Notes: generated by a model from the letters alone, not told the origin. DNA of 45,367 nucleotides from a virus (IMGVR_UViG_3300042922_001044:1-45367), one strand, 5' to 3'; counted from the first letter of the stretch, positions 35,155 to 43,639 are shown. Translations and numbers: made by a program.

Positions 35155-35161
35155 ACAACCA

Positions 35162-35207
35162 ACCTCCCTTCAATTACCATATTCTGCAATTAAAAGGAGA
35201 ATCCTCT
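35162..35207 (-). promoter_or_regulatory. Sigma-H promoter / anti-SD hairpin / RBS module, copy A
   Basis: AGAGGATTC, 11 nt, GCAGAAT, then AATTGAAGGGAGGT. Confidence 0.7.
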
Positions 35208-35219
35208 ATATGTAAAAGT

Positions 35220-35238
35220 AAAAGAGCCCATTGGCTCT
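35220..35238 (-). terminator. Terminator (related copy at 34432-34448)
   Basis: AGAGCC-AATG-GGCTCT-TTT. Confidence 0.65.
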
Positions 35239-35259
35239 AATTATTTTATAGTCTATAAA

Positions 35260-35436
35260 TTATTCTTCATATAAAACCGTTATTGCTATAAATGCCGTAT
35301 TAGACGTTTCATTAAAACAAGTAGATTGCTGAATACTTACTACCTTTTTATCTCGAATAAAACTATTTACATTAGCCTCAATATTATTTGAATCATAGTT
35401 TTCAGCAATATGACTTTTAAATATTTTAACTTTCAT
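35260..35436 (-). CDS. Cse60-like (DUF2758) small protein
   Basis: MKVKIF...IEANVNSFI...VVSIQQS...ITVLYEE pattern; start moved to 35436. Confidence 0.6.
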   Translation of the reverse strand: MKVKIFKSHIAENYDSNNIEANVNSFIRDKKVVSIQQSTCFNETSNTAFIAITVLYEE

Positions 35437-35443
35437 GTTGTCC

Positions 35444-35490
35444 ACCTCCCCTTCAATTACCATATTCTACAATTGAAAGGAGATTCCTTT
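35444..35490 (-). promoter_or_regulatory. Sigma-H promoter / anti-SD hairpin / RBS module, copy B
   Basis: AAAGGAATC, 11 nt, GTAGAAT, then AATTGAAGGGGAGGT. Confidence 0.75.
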
Positions 35491-35517
35491 ATGCAAAAGA
35501 AAAAAGAAATAGCTCTT

Positions 35518-36123
35518 TTATACTCCAAGCATTGATCTAAACTGACTTTCTAGATTGTCTATTAAATCAGGGATATCTTTTTCATAAATATGCTCAAAAA
35601 TTTTGATACTGAAATTAAACTCATTAAATTCTTCAAACGCATACTTACCAGCGACATCGCTAAACTTGCTATTTAATCGTTCTAATTGTTTACATGTATC
35701 AATATCAAAATACAACTTCACAGATTGATAAAATTTCAAATAATCAATTAACGATTCCCTTAGTTTTTCCTTTTCTAATGGCATAAGTTTCTTCAGCTCT
35801 TCATCACTAGTTAAGTCAATGGCGATCGTGGTACTGAGTAAATTCTCTAAGTTTAGCAGCTTATTATAAAGGTCTTTTATTATTTCTGCTCGTTCTTCAT
35901 GTAATCTTACGAACTTTATTTCATCTTGTCTTGCAAGCATATTTAACTCTGTTTTGTGACTTTCTACTGCAATTGCAAGCTCAGATTTATACTTTTCTAG
36001 ATCTTTATTTAGAATTAATTTAAATAACAGCTTTGACACATACATAATTATTGCTACAACTGAAATTCCTTGAACCGATAAAACAAGTACCCCTTCAATC
36101 GCTTTAATTATATTTACTAACAT
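35518..36123 (-). CDS. Hypothetical moron protein with N-terminal TM helix and helical domain
   Basis: Hydrophobic N-terminus; LEKYKSEL...LHEERAEIIKDLY; AT-rich. Confidence 0.72.
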   Translation of the reverse strand: MLVNIIKAIEGVLVLSVQGISVVAIIMYVSKLLFKLILNKDLEKYKSELAIAVESHKTELNMLARQDEIKFVRLHEERAEIIKDLYNKLLNLENLLSTTIAIDLTSDEELKKLMPLEKEKLRESLIDYLKFYQSVKLYFDIDTCKQLERLNSKFSDVAGKYAFEEFNEFNFSIKIFEHIYEKDIPDLIDNLESQFRSMLGV

Positions 36124-36130
36124 TAGCCAG

Positions 36131-36176
36131 ACCTCCTTTTAATCGCTATATTCTATAATCAAAAGGAAATTCCTGC
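36131..36176 (-). promoter_or_regulatory. Sigma-H promoter / anti-SD hairpin / RBS module, copy C
   Basis: GCAGGAATT, 11 nt, ATAGAAT, then ATTAAAAGGAGGT. Confidence 0.75.
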
Positions 36177-36235
36177 TATTAATTAGGGCTCGACACGGAG
36201 GAGTATGCCGAACCCCCGAGTTATCAACAAACACA

Positions 36236-36451
36236 CTATCTATCCTGTCTCACTCTGCCATTCTCTCTATGATAAGTATGTACACCTAGTTGCATGCACT
36301 GGCTTGTTTCTCTATCTATTTCATCTTGAGTGTATATCCTGCATATTAGTACTTTAGATTCTCCAGGCCTGCCTGTTACCTTATTAATTGGCTCCATTCT
36401 CATTATCTTGCCTTCTAGGTTTTCTCGTACTAATATTTTCATTTCTTTCAA
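36236..36451 (-). CDS. Hypothetical protein
   Basis: RBS AAGGAG; TTG start at 36451 (or ATG 36442). Confidence 0.55.
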   Translation of the reverse strand: MKEMKILVRENLEGKIMRMEPINKVTGRPGESKVLICRIYTQDEIDRETSQCMQLGVHTYHRENGRVRQDR

Positions 36452-36477
36452 GGTTATCACTCTCCTTAAATGCATAT

Positions 36478-36512
36478 AAAAATAGCTAGTACATAAATAC
36501 TAGCTATTTTTT
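36478..36512. terminator. Bidirectional terminator-like hairpin
   Basis: AAAAATAGCTAGTA-cataaa-TACTAGCTATTTTTT. Confidence 0.7.
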
Positions 36513-36584
36513 ATCTTATTTTAGGGCCCGAAGTTTGTTACAGCTACTAACAATTTTTTCTATACTAAATATATCATCATTTTT

Positions 36585-37013
36585 TCAGGAATTGTGGGAA
36601 ACTTCTAAAAATCTATCACATTTCTTTCTTTCTGTACTTCCATCCCCTTGATTCCCCATCTTTATCGCTACTTGCTGCCAGGTCAGATTGTTTATATACC
36701 TCAACATTACTATCTGCCTCATCTCACTATCTTGAATGACTTCTATTTGAGAATTTAGTTTCTCAACCTTATCAAGAGCTGCTTTGAGCATTTTGGTTAA
36801 CCTTTTCTTCAATCTATCCATCTTATCTCCTAAGTCTTCAACTCCCGATATTATTACTAGATGTTCTGTATATGGGAAGCTACTGCTAGAAGCTTTTACA
36901 GAATCAGAAACTACTTTAGGCTCACCCCATATATTTTCTATTTGTCTTTTTAATAACTCTATTTCTCTATTCAATTGATACAGCTGCTCTAGTTGCTCTT
37001 TATCCAATAGCAT
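36585..37013 (-). CDS. RinA/ArpU-like late transcriptional activator
   Basis: IQDSEMRQIVMLRYINNLTWQQVAIKMG; last gene of the early region. Confidence 0.8.
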   Translation of the reverse strand: MLLDKEQLEQLYQLNREIELLKRQIENIWGEPKVVSDSVKASSSSFPYTEHLVIISGVEDLGDKMDRLKKRLTKMLKAALDKVEKLNSQIEVIQDSEMRQIVMLRYINNLTWQQVAIKMGNQGDGSTERKKCDRFLEVSHNS

Positions 37014-37029
37014 TCACCTCACTTAATAC

Positions 37030-37215
37030 TTAAATACTAATTTCCGCTTCTTGTACTCCATAAGAGCGCCCTTCGTTTCTGCTTTGTACTTTCATCCGGC
37101 TCAGTTGCACCTCTACTACTTGCTGGTCTAACTCTTGACTCAGTTTCAATGCTAGGACAGTATCTCTCGATATATAAGCTATTCCCATCCTCTTTCGAAG
37201 CTCTTCATCTATCAT
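37030..37215 (-). CDS. Small hypothetical protein, possibly Spo0E-like
   Basis: IDEELRKRM...TVLALKLSQELDQQV contains the SQELD motif. Confidence 0.55.
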   Translation of the reverse strand: MIDEELRKRMGIAYISRDTVLALKLSQELDQQVVEVQLSRMKVQSRNEGRSYGVQEAEISI

Positions 37216-37251
37216 AAGTAATCCCCCTTAACATGTTTATTTGGATAAATG

Positions 37252-37383
37252 TTACAATCCTAAACTATCGCTTTCCTTTTGAAACTCTCTTGAAAGCCTT
37301 CTCCATTTGGTCCTGCAGGGTTTTGAACTACGGTCTTTCCAAAATATATTAATACACTTTAACCAAAATTTTATTTTTCTCAT
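37252..37383 (-). CDS. Small basic hypothetical protein
   Basis: ORF in operon order; weak RBS, start uncertain. Confidence 0.4.
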   Translation of the reverse strand: MRKIKFWLKCINIFWKDRSSKPCRTKWRRLSREFQKESDSLGL

Positions 37384-37420
37384 AATGTAACTTTCTTCAC
37401 ATCGTACTTGAGTTGCGTAA

Positions 37421-37843
37421 TTATCCCTCTGATTCCACATCTGGATAATAATGCTCTGCAACTTGACTGCAAACAAATGTGCAACTCATTTCTATTGCTC
37501 CTTTGCAGCCTAGACAACATTTATAGCATGGGTTTTTATATTCATTTTGGCCATAATCTCTTGTGCTGCAATTGCCATCATTCCTTGATTCGCAGAATAT
37601 AGCATCAATAGTATTTTGACTGCTCAACGCTCTTACCTGTTCAGGACTAAACCCACTATCCTCATATGCCGCAAGACGTGCAAAAGATTCTTGCACTGGA
37701 CAGCCAACACAATTGTTATTTTGGTATTCTTCACAATTAGCATCACATCCATCTTCACCGCAACTTTCACATAGAGCAATCAATGTTGCAGACTCTGTTA
37801 TTTCACTTGTTGTTGTTAATCTTTGATATCCCATCTTTTTCAA
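37421..37843 (-). CDS. Cys-rich hypothetical phage protein
   Basis: Multiple Cys clusters; RLAAYEDSGFSPEQV motif common in clostridial phages. Confidence 0.75.
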   Translation of the reverse strand: MKKMGYQRLTTTSEITESATLIALCESCGEDGCDANCEEYQNNNCVGCPVQESFARLAAYEDSGFSPEQVRALSSQNTIDAIFCESRNDGNCSTRDYGQNEYKNPCYKCCLGCKGAIEMSCTFVCSQVAEHYYPDVESEG

Positions 37844-37903
37844 CCACCTTTCTGTGTCACAATATATTCATATTATTTAACGTTACGTTCGCTTTGCGTT
37901 GCA

Positions 37904-38278
37904 TCATTTAGTAGGCACATAACACCAACTTTGAGGTGCCCTTGATAATTTTAAAACCGATAAAGGCTTTGGTGTATCATACTTAATAACATTTGAAATG
38001 TCCCAACCACACAATTGACCTTTACCCATGTATTTTACAATTTCCGCTGCTGTAACACAGCTTCCAATTCCAACGATTAATGCTAGATTTGACTTCACTG
38101 TGCCCCCGCAGGTATACTCTCCTACTATTGCACCAACGCCAGGCTTTGTCTCGTAAATATATACTTTGAATGGGTACTCTATATTTACAGGCTTTGATTT
38201 TCTCAATTCTCTAGTCTTTTGACCTTTAAATATTAAATTTACCCATTTAGGTTTTATACTCTGAACTATTTCTTTCAT
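37904..38278 (-). CDS. ASCH-domain protein
   Basis: SIKPKWVNLIFKGQKTRELRK...YIYET...RAPQSWCY. Confidence 0.85.
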   Translation of the reverse strand: MKEIVQSIKPKWVNLIFKGQKTRELRKSKPVNIEYPFKVYIYETKPGVGAIVGEYTCGGTVKSNLALIVGIGSCVTAAEIVKYMGKGQLCGWDISNVIKYDTPKPLSVLKLSRAPQSWCYVPTK

Positions 38279-38643
38279 TTCCGCTTCACCTCATTAACTA
38301 CGTCGTGACGATGGCATTCATCATATTCATCGCAACCTATACATTCATTTACTATCAACTGCTCATTCATCCAGTCAGTAGCATAAGTAGTCTTTAAGAA
38401 TTCCTGAACCTTAACAGCATTTACACAATAATCTTCAACTGATAAGTCAATATCATAAAAAGCAAACTCCTTTAGTAATTCAATAGCTGCGTTGAATGTA
38501 TTTACTCGGCTTATCATATCCAATGCCTTCTCATCATTAACTCCTAAAGATCCACAAATAAGACAAGCATCGTCATGTATAGAATATCCGTCTTCCATCT
38601 TTTCAAGAACTACTCTTCCAGTCACTTTCTTGAACTTTTCCAC
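38275..38643 (-). CDS. Hypothetical protein
   Basis: GTG start at 38643 after AAGGAGG. Confidence 0.65.
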   Translation of the reverse strand: MEKFKKVTGRVVLEKMEDGYSIHDDACLICGSLGVNDEKALDMISRVNTFNAAIELLKEFAFYDIDLSVEDYCVNAVKVQEFLKTTYATDWMNEQLIVNECIGCDEYDECHRHDVVNEVKRK

Positions 38644-38668
38644 AATAACCCTCCTTCGCATATTCAAA

Positions 38669-38902
38669 CTATTTAATATCGCCACGCCATCTATGACCTA
38701 CTGGTAACAGCCTGTCCATTCTGCTAATAAGCTTTATGTATGATGATTTAAGCTTTAGCTTTGTAGATACATCTTTGCACTTAGGTAACATCCGTATGAG
38801 ATACCCTTTAATGTCGTTCCAAACTATTCGATTGCATATTCTTTCTATCCTAAGGTAATTTCTATATAAGTCGTCATATCCGTAGCAACCACATCCCATC
38901 AT
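38669..38902 (-). CDS. Hypothetical protein
   Basis: RBS AAGGAGG; coupled to the upstream gene. Confidence 0.6.
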   Translation of the reverse strand: MMGCGCYGYDDLYRNYLRIERICNRIVWNDIKGYLIRMLPKCKDVSTKLKLKSSYIKLISRMDRLLPVGHRWRGDIK

Positions 38903-39066
38903 TAGCCCTCCTTAATACCTACACTATCGCTTGCCTTATGAAGCTCCATGTATAACTTTTCTTGAGTTTTATGGTCCTCAACTTCCTTCCCAAGAAAACA
39001 TGGCATCCCTATACAGAAACCATCCCTATTGCTTTGGCATTTCCTATCACACTTAACTTGCCTCAT
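38902..39066 (-). CDS. Small Cys-containing hypothetical protein
   Basis: ORF in operon order; RBS AAGGGTG. Confidence 0.55.
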   Translation of the reverse strand: MRQVKCDRKCQSNRDGFCIGMPCFLGKEVEDHKTQEKLYMELHKASDSVGIKEG

Positions 39067-39232
39067 AATGTACACCCTTTGCCTCAAGGATCTCTCTTAT
39101 CGTTGCATGCAACCTCGTCTGCTTCTGATGTATTTCCAATGCTTGTTTTATCCACCTGTTAAATTGCTCTGTATCACCATCCAAATACTGTACCACTGCC
39201 TGTCCAACTAGCTTTTTCACTGTAGGACTCAT
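39053..39232 (-). CDS. Hypothetical protein
   Basis: RBS GGGGGT; ATG 39232. Confidence 0.55.
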   Translation of the reverse strand: MSPTVKKLVGQAVVQYLDGDTEQFNRWIKQALEIHQKQTRLHATIREILEAKGVHYEAS

Positions 39233-39249
39233 ATTAATACCCCCAATAC

Positions 39250-40053
39250 TTATATTTGATCTTGTATTTTCTCTGGCCAATTCAAATTGTCTTTTAGAAA
39301 TATTGGTACTTCTTCATGTCTGCATGCATCAATAATGCATTGTACCCATTCCGCTTTTGGTGCTACTGCACCAGGTCCCGTCTGAGCTCCAACTATTACC
39401 CAATCACACCAGTCGAAAGGTTGTCCCTTTAGATGATCCCATTTGAACTCATCTACTACATTTTCAAGCAATGGTTCTATTGAATAGAAAGTCCTTATAT
39501 TGCTTTCCCATTCTCCATTGTGGATCACAATATCATAAAACACATTTCTTGCTGCATATAGCATGTCCTTAGAATCTGCAGAAGCTCCATATATAGCATT
39601 TGTAGGGAAGAATCCGCTTCCGTATGCACCTAATAATTCCAAGTATCTCGTAGGATTCTTTGTAAGAAATATGAATGTGTGCTGCGGACACTGTCTTACT
39701 ATTTCAAATACTTGTTTTATCCAATCCTCAGGTACCCACTCTCCAAATAAATCTCCCATGGATGATACAAATATCCTCGATGGCTTAGTCTTTTGCTTTG
39801 GTTCGTCAAGGCGATAACGATGGAAAGTCGGTTGAAAACCAGCTGGATACGGCTCAATCTTTCCTTCGTTAGATTTATAAGGTATATGTAAATCAGACTT
39901 AAAATCTTTTGCAAGATTACTTTTGTTTTTCACATACATCTTAGAAGCAAACCTATTTGCAATTCTCTCTGCATAACAATATTCACATCCATGTAAGCAG
40001 CCGGTAACAGGATTCCATGTATAATCACACCATTCAATCTTGCTTTTATTCAT
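39250..40053 (-). CDS. Phage Gp37/Gp68 (DUF5131) family protein, radical-SAM-like CxxxCxxC
   Basis: SKIEWCDYTWNPVTGCLHGCEYCYA; IFVSSMGDLF; LTKNP; SIEPLL. Confidence 0.9.
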   Translation of the reverse strand: MNKSKIEWCDYTWNPVTGCLHGCEYCYAERIANRFASKMYVKNKSNLAKDFKSDLHIPYKSNEGKIEPYPAGFQPTFHRYRLDEPKQKTKPSRIFVSSMGDLFGEWVPEDWIKQVFEIVRQCPQHTFIFLTKNPTRYLELLGAYGSGFFPTNAIYGASADSKDMLYAARNVFYDIVIHNGEWESNIRTFYSIEPLLENVVDEFKWDHLKGQPFDWCDWVIVGAQTGPGAVAPKAEWVQCIIDACRHEEVPIFLKDNLNWPEKIQDQI

Positions 40054-40066
40054 TTACCTCACCGCC

Positions 40067-40444
40067 TTATTCAAAATTTAGTTCCGGTATCCAGTACCCA
40101 TAGTCAGTTAACGCATCACCCTCTACCCAACCATCTACAGGAAGGATACTTGGGAACCAAATAGGCTTAAAAACTGTACTTCCTTTTTCTTTGTAAAATA
40201 GATCTTGTCCAATTTTATAGTATTCTGTTATATAGATTGCATTGATCCAGCCTCCGTTAGGATAATGGATAAGTGTATATTCCCCGAATATAATTTTCGG
40301 TGCTTCCACTAGCGGCCTGTTCGCTAATTGTTCCTCAAGCTTTTCTATCCTAACTTGCTCTTTTGCGATTCCCCCCACAAGTACAAATATTGCAATTATT
40401 AAACATAAAAGTATTACCTTTTCTCTTGATATGTTATTTTTCAT
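40067..40444 (-). CDS. Hypothetical membrane-anchored protein
   Basis: N-terminal TM helix; RBS GAGGAGG; start 40444. Confidence 0.65.
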   Translation of the reverse strand: MKNNISREKVILLCLIIAIFVLVGGIAKEQVRIEKLEEQLANRPLVEAPKIIFGEYTLIHYPNGGWINAIYITEYYKIGQDLFYKEKGSTVFKPIWFPSILPVDGWVEGDALTDYGYWIPELNFE

Positions 40445-40601
40445 GATTGCCCTCCTCGACTTCTGTTTCTGCATCTGGACCCTCTCCGTATTCAGCAGCG
40501 CATCTTTTAGAATCAGGTATCATATACATGCAACCACTACCACTTACAGAGCAATTATATCTTCCTTCCTCAGTTTCATATTTTGCACATTCACAACTCA
40601 T
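40434..40601 (-). CDS. Small Cys-rich protein (55 aa), missed by the ORF track
   Basis: RBS AGGAGGT; MSCECAKY...CSVSGSGCMYMIPDSKRCAAEYGEGPDA. Confidence 0.75.
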   Translation of the reverse strand: MSCECAKYETEEGRYNCSVSGSGCMYMIPDSKRCAAEYGEGPDAETEVEEGNHEK

Positions 40602-40634
40602 AAATCCGACCTCCTATACTTCTTTAATATTGTA

Positions 40635-41636
40635 TTAGCTGACTTTTTCACTCATCTTCCCAAGCAGTGCATTAATAGCATTCTTATATTTACTATGTGT
40701 CTCTTGGTCGGTATCTTCTATTTCAGCAAGCACTCCAAGAAGTTTCTGAAAATCTTTTACCAACTCATCAAAATAGATTGAGAATTTTTCTGCTGCACTA
40801 CCCATCAGTGCCTTTTTTCTAAGGTCCTCGAGCTCCCGCTCCACTTCCTCAGGAATAATTTCTATAGTTTCTACAACAGGTTCTGCAGGTTTTTCTTTAA
40901 GCTTGTTTTCAAGTTCAGTAATCTTTCTATTTGCGCTTTCCAACCCTTTTTCAGTTTCTTCTAGTGAAACATTTAATCGTTCAACTTCAGAATTGTCTCC
41001 AGAAGCATCTGCTGCTTCGATGGCTTCACGTTCTTTTTTGAGAGCTTCCTGCAATTTCTTTACATCAGCTTGAGTCTCCCGGAGAACTCTTTCACTTAAT
41101 CTGTTCTCTGATTCTGCCTTTTGCTTTTCTTCTAGTAACTTTAGAGCTTCATTTGACTTGTCACTAGCTATTTGTTTGAAGTTCTCTATCTTATTTAGAG
41201 CATCATCCCTCTCTTTGATAGCTTGCTGCAGCTCCCTAGTAGACATACTATCCAAATCATTGTTTTCTACGAACTTTTCTCGCTCCTCTTCGGGCAGTCC
41301 AAGCATTGAAATTGCTTGTGTGTAGCTCAAATTGGCAAGCGCTTGCGATTTTGCATTTTCCCCTAAAAGCGATAATTGCTCCGCTCCGTACTCTTCAAAT
41401 ATTCTCATAAGGTTAGTCGCAGTTCTCTGAGAATAATCAACTGACTCTACTAACCACTTTCCCCACTCTCCATGGGCTACCAGTGTCTTTGCTTCTATCA
41501 GTCTGCGACCTATTTCAATACTGTTATAAAGCATCATCTTTCTAGTCTGGTTCTTTATATTGTTAATTTCAGCTGCTATCAGCTCAGGTGATCTACCTAT
41601 AAGCATTGATGCATTATTTACTCTTAAATCATTCAT
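40635..41636 (-). CDS. DUF3102-domain coiled-coil protein
   Basis: IEIGRRLIEAKTLVAHGEWGKWL...YSQRTATNLMRIFEEYG. Confidence 0.88.
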   Translation of the reverse strand: MNDLRVNNASMLIGRSPELIAAEINNIKNQTRKMMLYNSIEIGRRLIEAKTLVAHGEWGKWLVESVDYSQRTATNLMRIFEEYGAEQLSLLGENAKSQALANLSYTQAISMLGLPEEEREKFVENNDLDSMSTRELQQAIKERDDALNKIENFKQIASDKSNEALKLLEEKQKAESENRLSERVLRETQADVKKLQEALKKEREAIEAADASGDNSEVERLNVSLEETEKGLESANRKITELENKLKEKPAEPVVETIEIIPEEVERELEDLRKKALMGSAAEKFSIYFDELVKDFQKLLGVLAEIEDTDQETHSKYKNAINALLGKMSEKVS

Positions 41637-41647
41637 GATATTCCTCC

Positions 41648-43252
41648 TTAAACCGCTATATTTATTTTATTTTTTACAGAATTTTTAATATCTGTAGTGT
41701 TGATTTTTATATTTGCTCCTTTGGCCCACTCTAATATTGCATTATTCAATTCTGTATTTTGTGCCACTGGTTTATTGTGATCGAGCTTTGCTTGCACTAC
41801 TGCATTCTCTTTAATCTCCAAGCAAGCAGCCAATTTCCCTTTATCATCCGCTACCAAAACAATCCACTTTGAATTATCCTTCATGGCCTGTCCAAATGAA
41901 GCTACACAGTTATGCAGTTCATGCCCAGCTATTAGTAGTTCCATGGATTCCCTTGGTAAGAAAAACTCAAGTTGTTGTTTCTGCATCGAAAGCCGTCTGA
42001 TTATATGCTCTGGCACTTCAAACCTCATATTTTTATGATTCTGCATCTTATGTTTTATAGACATCCAATCATGCAGATCTGCAAGCTTTACCTTTTCGCT
42101 TTTAATTAAGTTTTTATTTACATCTGCAAGCTGCTCGTATAGTCTTTTACAGTCCCAGAAGTTCAGTTCTTTTTCCTCATTTACCAATCGTACTATTCCA
42201 GGCTCTCCATAGGTGTACTTCATTGCTTTCAAGAAACTATAGATTGATTTAAAATCCCTTGTATCATTTAATTTTGTAAGCCCATGGTATAAGCTAATAG
42301 CGCAATCATAGTTTTCACAAAGGTCAAATGCCTTTGCAATCAGTTTCACCCCAAATGGGTTTTCGAACACGAGCCTTCTTAACATCGGCTTATCTGGCAA
42401 CCTGTTAGCAGATAACATTGCTTTTATAAAGCTTGTCTTTTTTCTTGTCTGTTCTATGATATTTTTCATGAAATCATATTTTGTAATTAAATTTTTATTC
42501 CAGAATGCCTCGATATCCCTAACTTCGTCTCGATAAGTAATAGGTAAATTCGGTGCATCTGGGCAGGTGACTCTGAAAGCCATATTGAAAATTGGTAATA
42601 GGAAACTACCGTGATACTGACCTTGACTGACATACATTGATGAAATTTTATAACCAAGATGCTTTTCAAGTTTCTTATGTACCGCTTCTCTTAATATCTT
42701 CAGGATATGATTAAGCTCTTTCTTCTGCTTTTGGCTTGCTATACTAAACGATTGAAAAAAGAACAAGATGCTTCTGTCAAATACTTCAAGTTTGAACGGA
42801 TCCCCAAGTTCTAAAACTTCTTTTTCTGCTCCAAGTGATGATATTCTTGTAAATGTCACTGTTTGTTTTTCAATGTCAAACTTATAATTTTCTTTGTATC
42901 GATGTGAATGAACGTCCATATCTCCAACGAATTTGACTGTTTGACATGAAACTCCAAAAGTAATTGATGTTTTGAATTCGTTAACAGTGAGGCGAACTTT
43001 ATCTGGTGCATCTACCCCCCTGCCGATATAAGCTACATTATGATGGTGCATCGCTCCACAATTCGGACATATAAACCAGCTTCCAAATTCAACGGCAGGA
43101 TATGTTCCTGGCTTCCGTCCCCATGCAGCCATAAAAACTTGGTTACACTTATTACAGAAATATTGATATTTGTGTAATCCATTTTTTAGGTATCTCATGT
43201 CTTCAGCATAAGCTGTAAACATTTTGTTAATTTCTACTGCAGCAATTAACAT
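41648..43252 (-). CDS. PcfJ-domain protein
   Basis: C-terminal LHD...LPRESMELLIAGHELHNCVASF; N-terminal Zn ribbon. Confidence 0.8.
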   Translation of the reverse strand: MLIAAVEINKMFTAYAEDMRYLKNGLHKYQYFCNKCNQVFMAAWGRKPGTYPAVEFGSWFICPNCGAMHHHNVAYIGRGVDAPDKVRLTVNEFKTSITFGVSCQTVKFVGDMDVHSHRYKENYKFDIEKQTVTFTRISSLGAEKEVLELGDPFKLEVFDRSILFFFQSFSIASQKQKKELNHILKILREAVHKKLEKHLGYKISSMYVSQGQYHGSFLLPIFNMAFRVTCPDAPNLPITYRDEVRDIEAFWNKNLITKYDFMKNIIEQTRKKTSFIKAMLSANRLPDKPMLRRLVFENPFGVKLIAKAFDLCENYDCAISLYHGLTKLNDTRDFKSIYSFLKAMKYTYGEPGIVRLVNEEKELNFWDCKRLYEQLADVNKNLIKSEKVKLADLHDWMSIKHKMQNHKNMRFEVPEHIIRRLSMQKQQLEFFLPRESMELLIAGHELHNCVASFGQAMKDNSKWIVLVADDKGKLAACLEIKENAVVQAKLDHNKPVAQNTELNNAILEWAKGANIKINTTDIKNSVKNKINIAV

Positions 43253-43264
43253 ATTAATATCCCC

Positions 43265-43639
43265 CTATATCAAATCTTCAAGCTTGATATCAAAATCTGT
43301 TGATGCTTTCTTTTCATTTGCCGGCTTCTGTATACTTTGCTCCATGTCCGCAGTTGCAGATGCAGGAATCTCTGATTTAATTTCGAAATATTTTAAAACA
43401 ATGTTAAAACCCTCCTCAGGTGTAAACATGCCACATCGGTTAACTTGTTTTTTCTGCGCTTCTTGTCTCATAACATCAAGGCTCTTGGCTATGGTCTTAT
43501 CAGTGGTAAGTATTTTATCTGCTGCCTCCGGATTCGCTTTTATATGTTGTAATAAGAATCTTCCTACTGTCTGGATATATGGATCCTTGCTGTTTTGGTT
43601 TATTTCATCATTTATTTTTGCAAGTGCTTGATTAAGCAT
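43265..43639 (-). CDS. PcfK-like protein
   Basis: ADKILTTDKTIAKSLDVMRQEAQKK...FTPEEGFNIVLKYF; directly upstream of pcfJ. Confidence 0.7.
   Translation of the reverse strand: MLNQALAKINDEINQNSKDPYIQTVGRFLLQHIKANPEAADKILTTDKTIAKSLDVMRQEAQKKQVNRCGMFTPEEGFNIVLKYFEIKSEIPASATADMEQSIQKPANEKKASTDFDIKLEDLI

Noticed and set aside
34409-36176. CRISPR array or integron attC array
   Set aside because: The repeats are separated by whole genes and are explained by promoter/RBS modules; no cas genes, integron integrase or regular spacers
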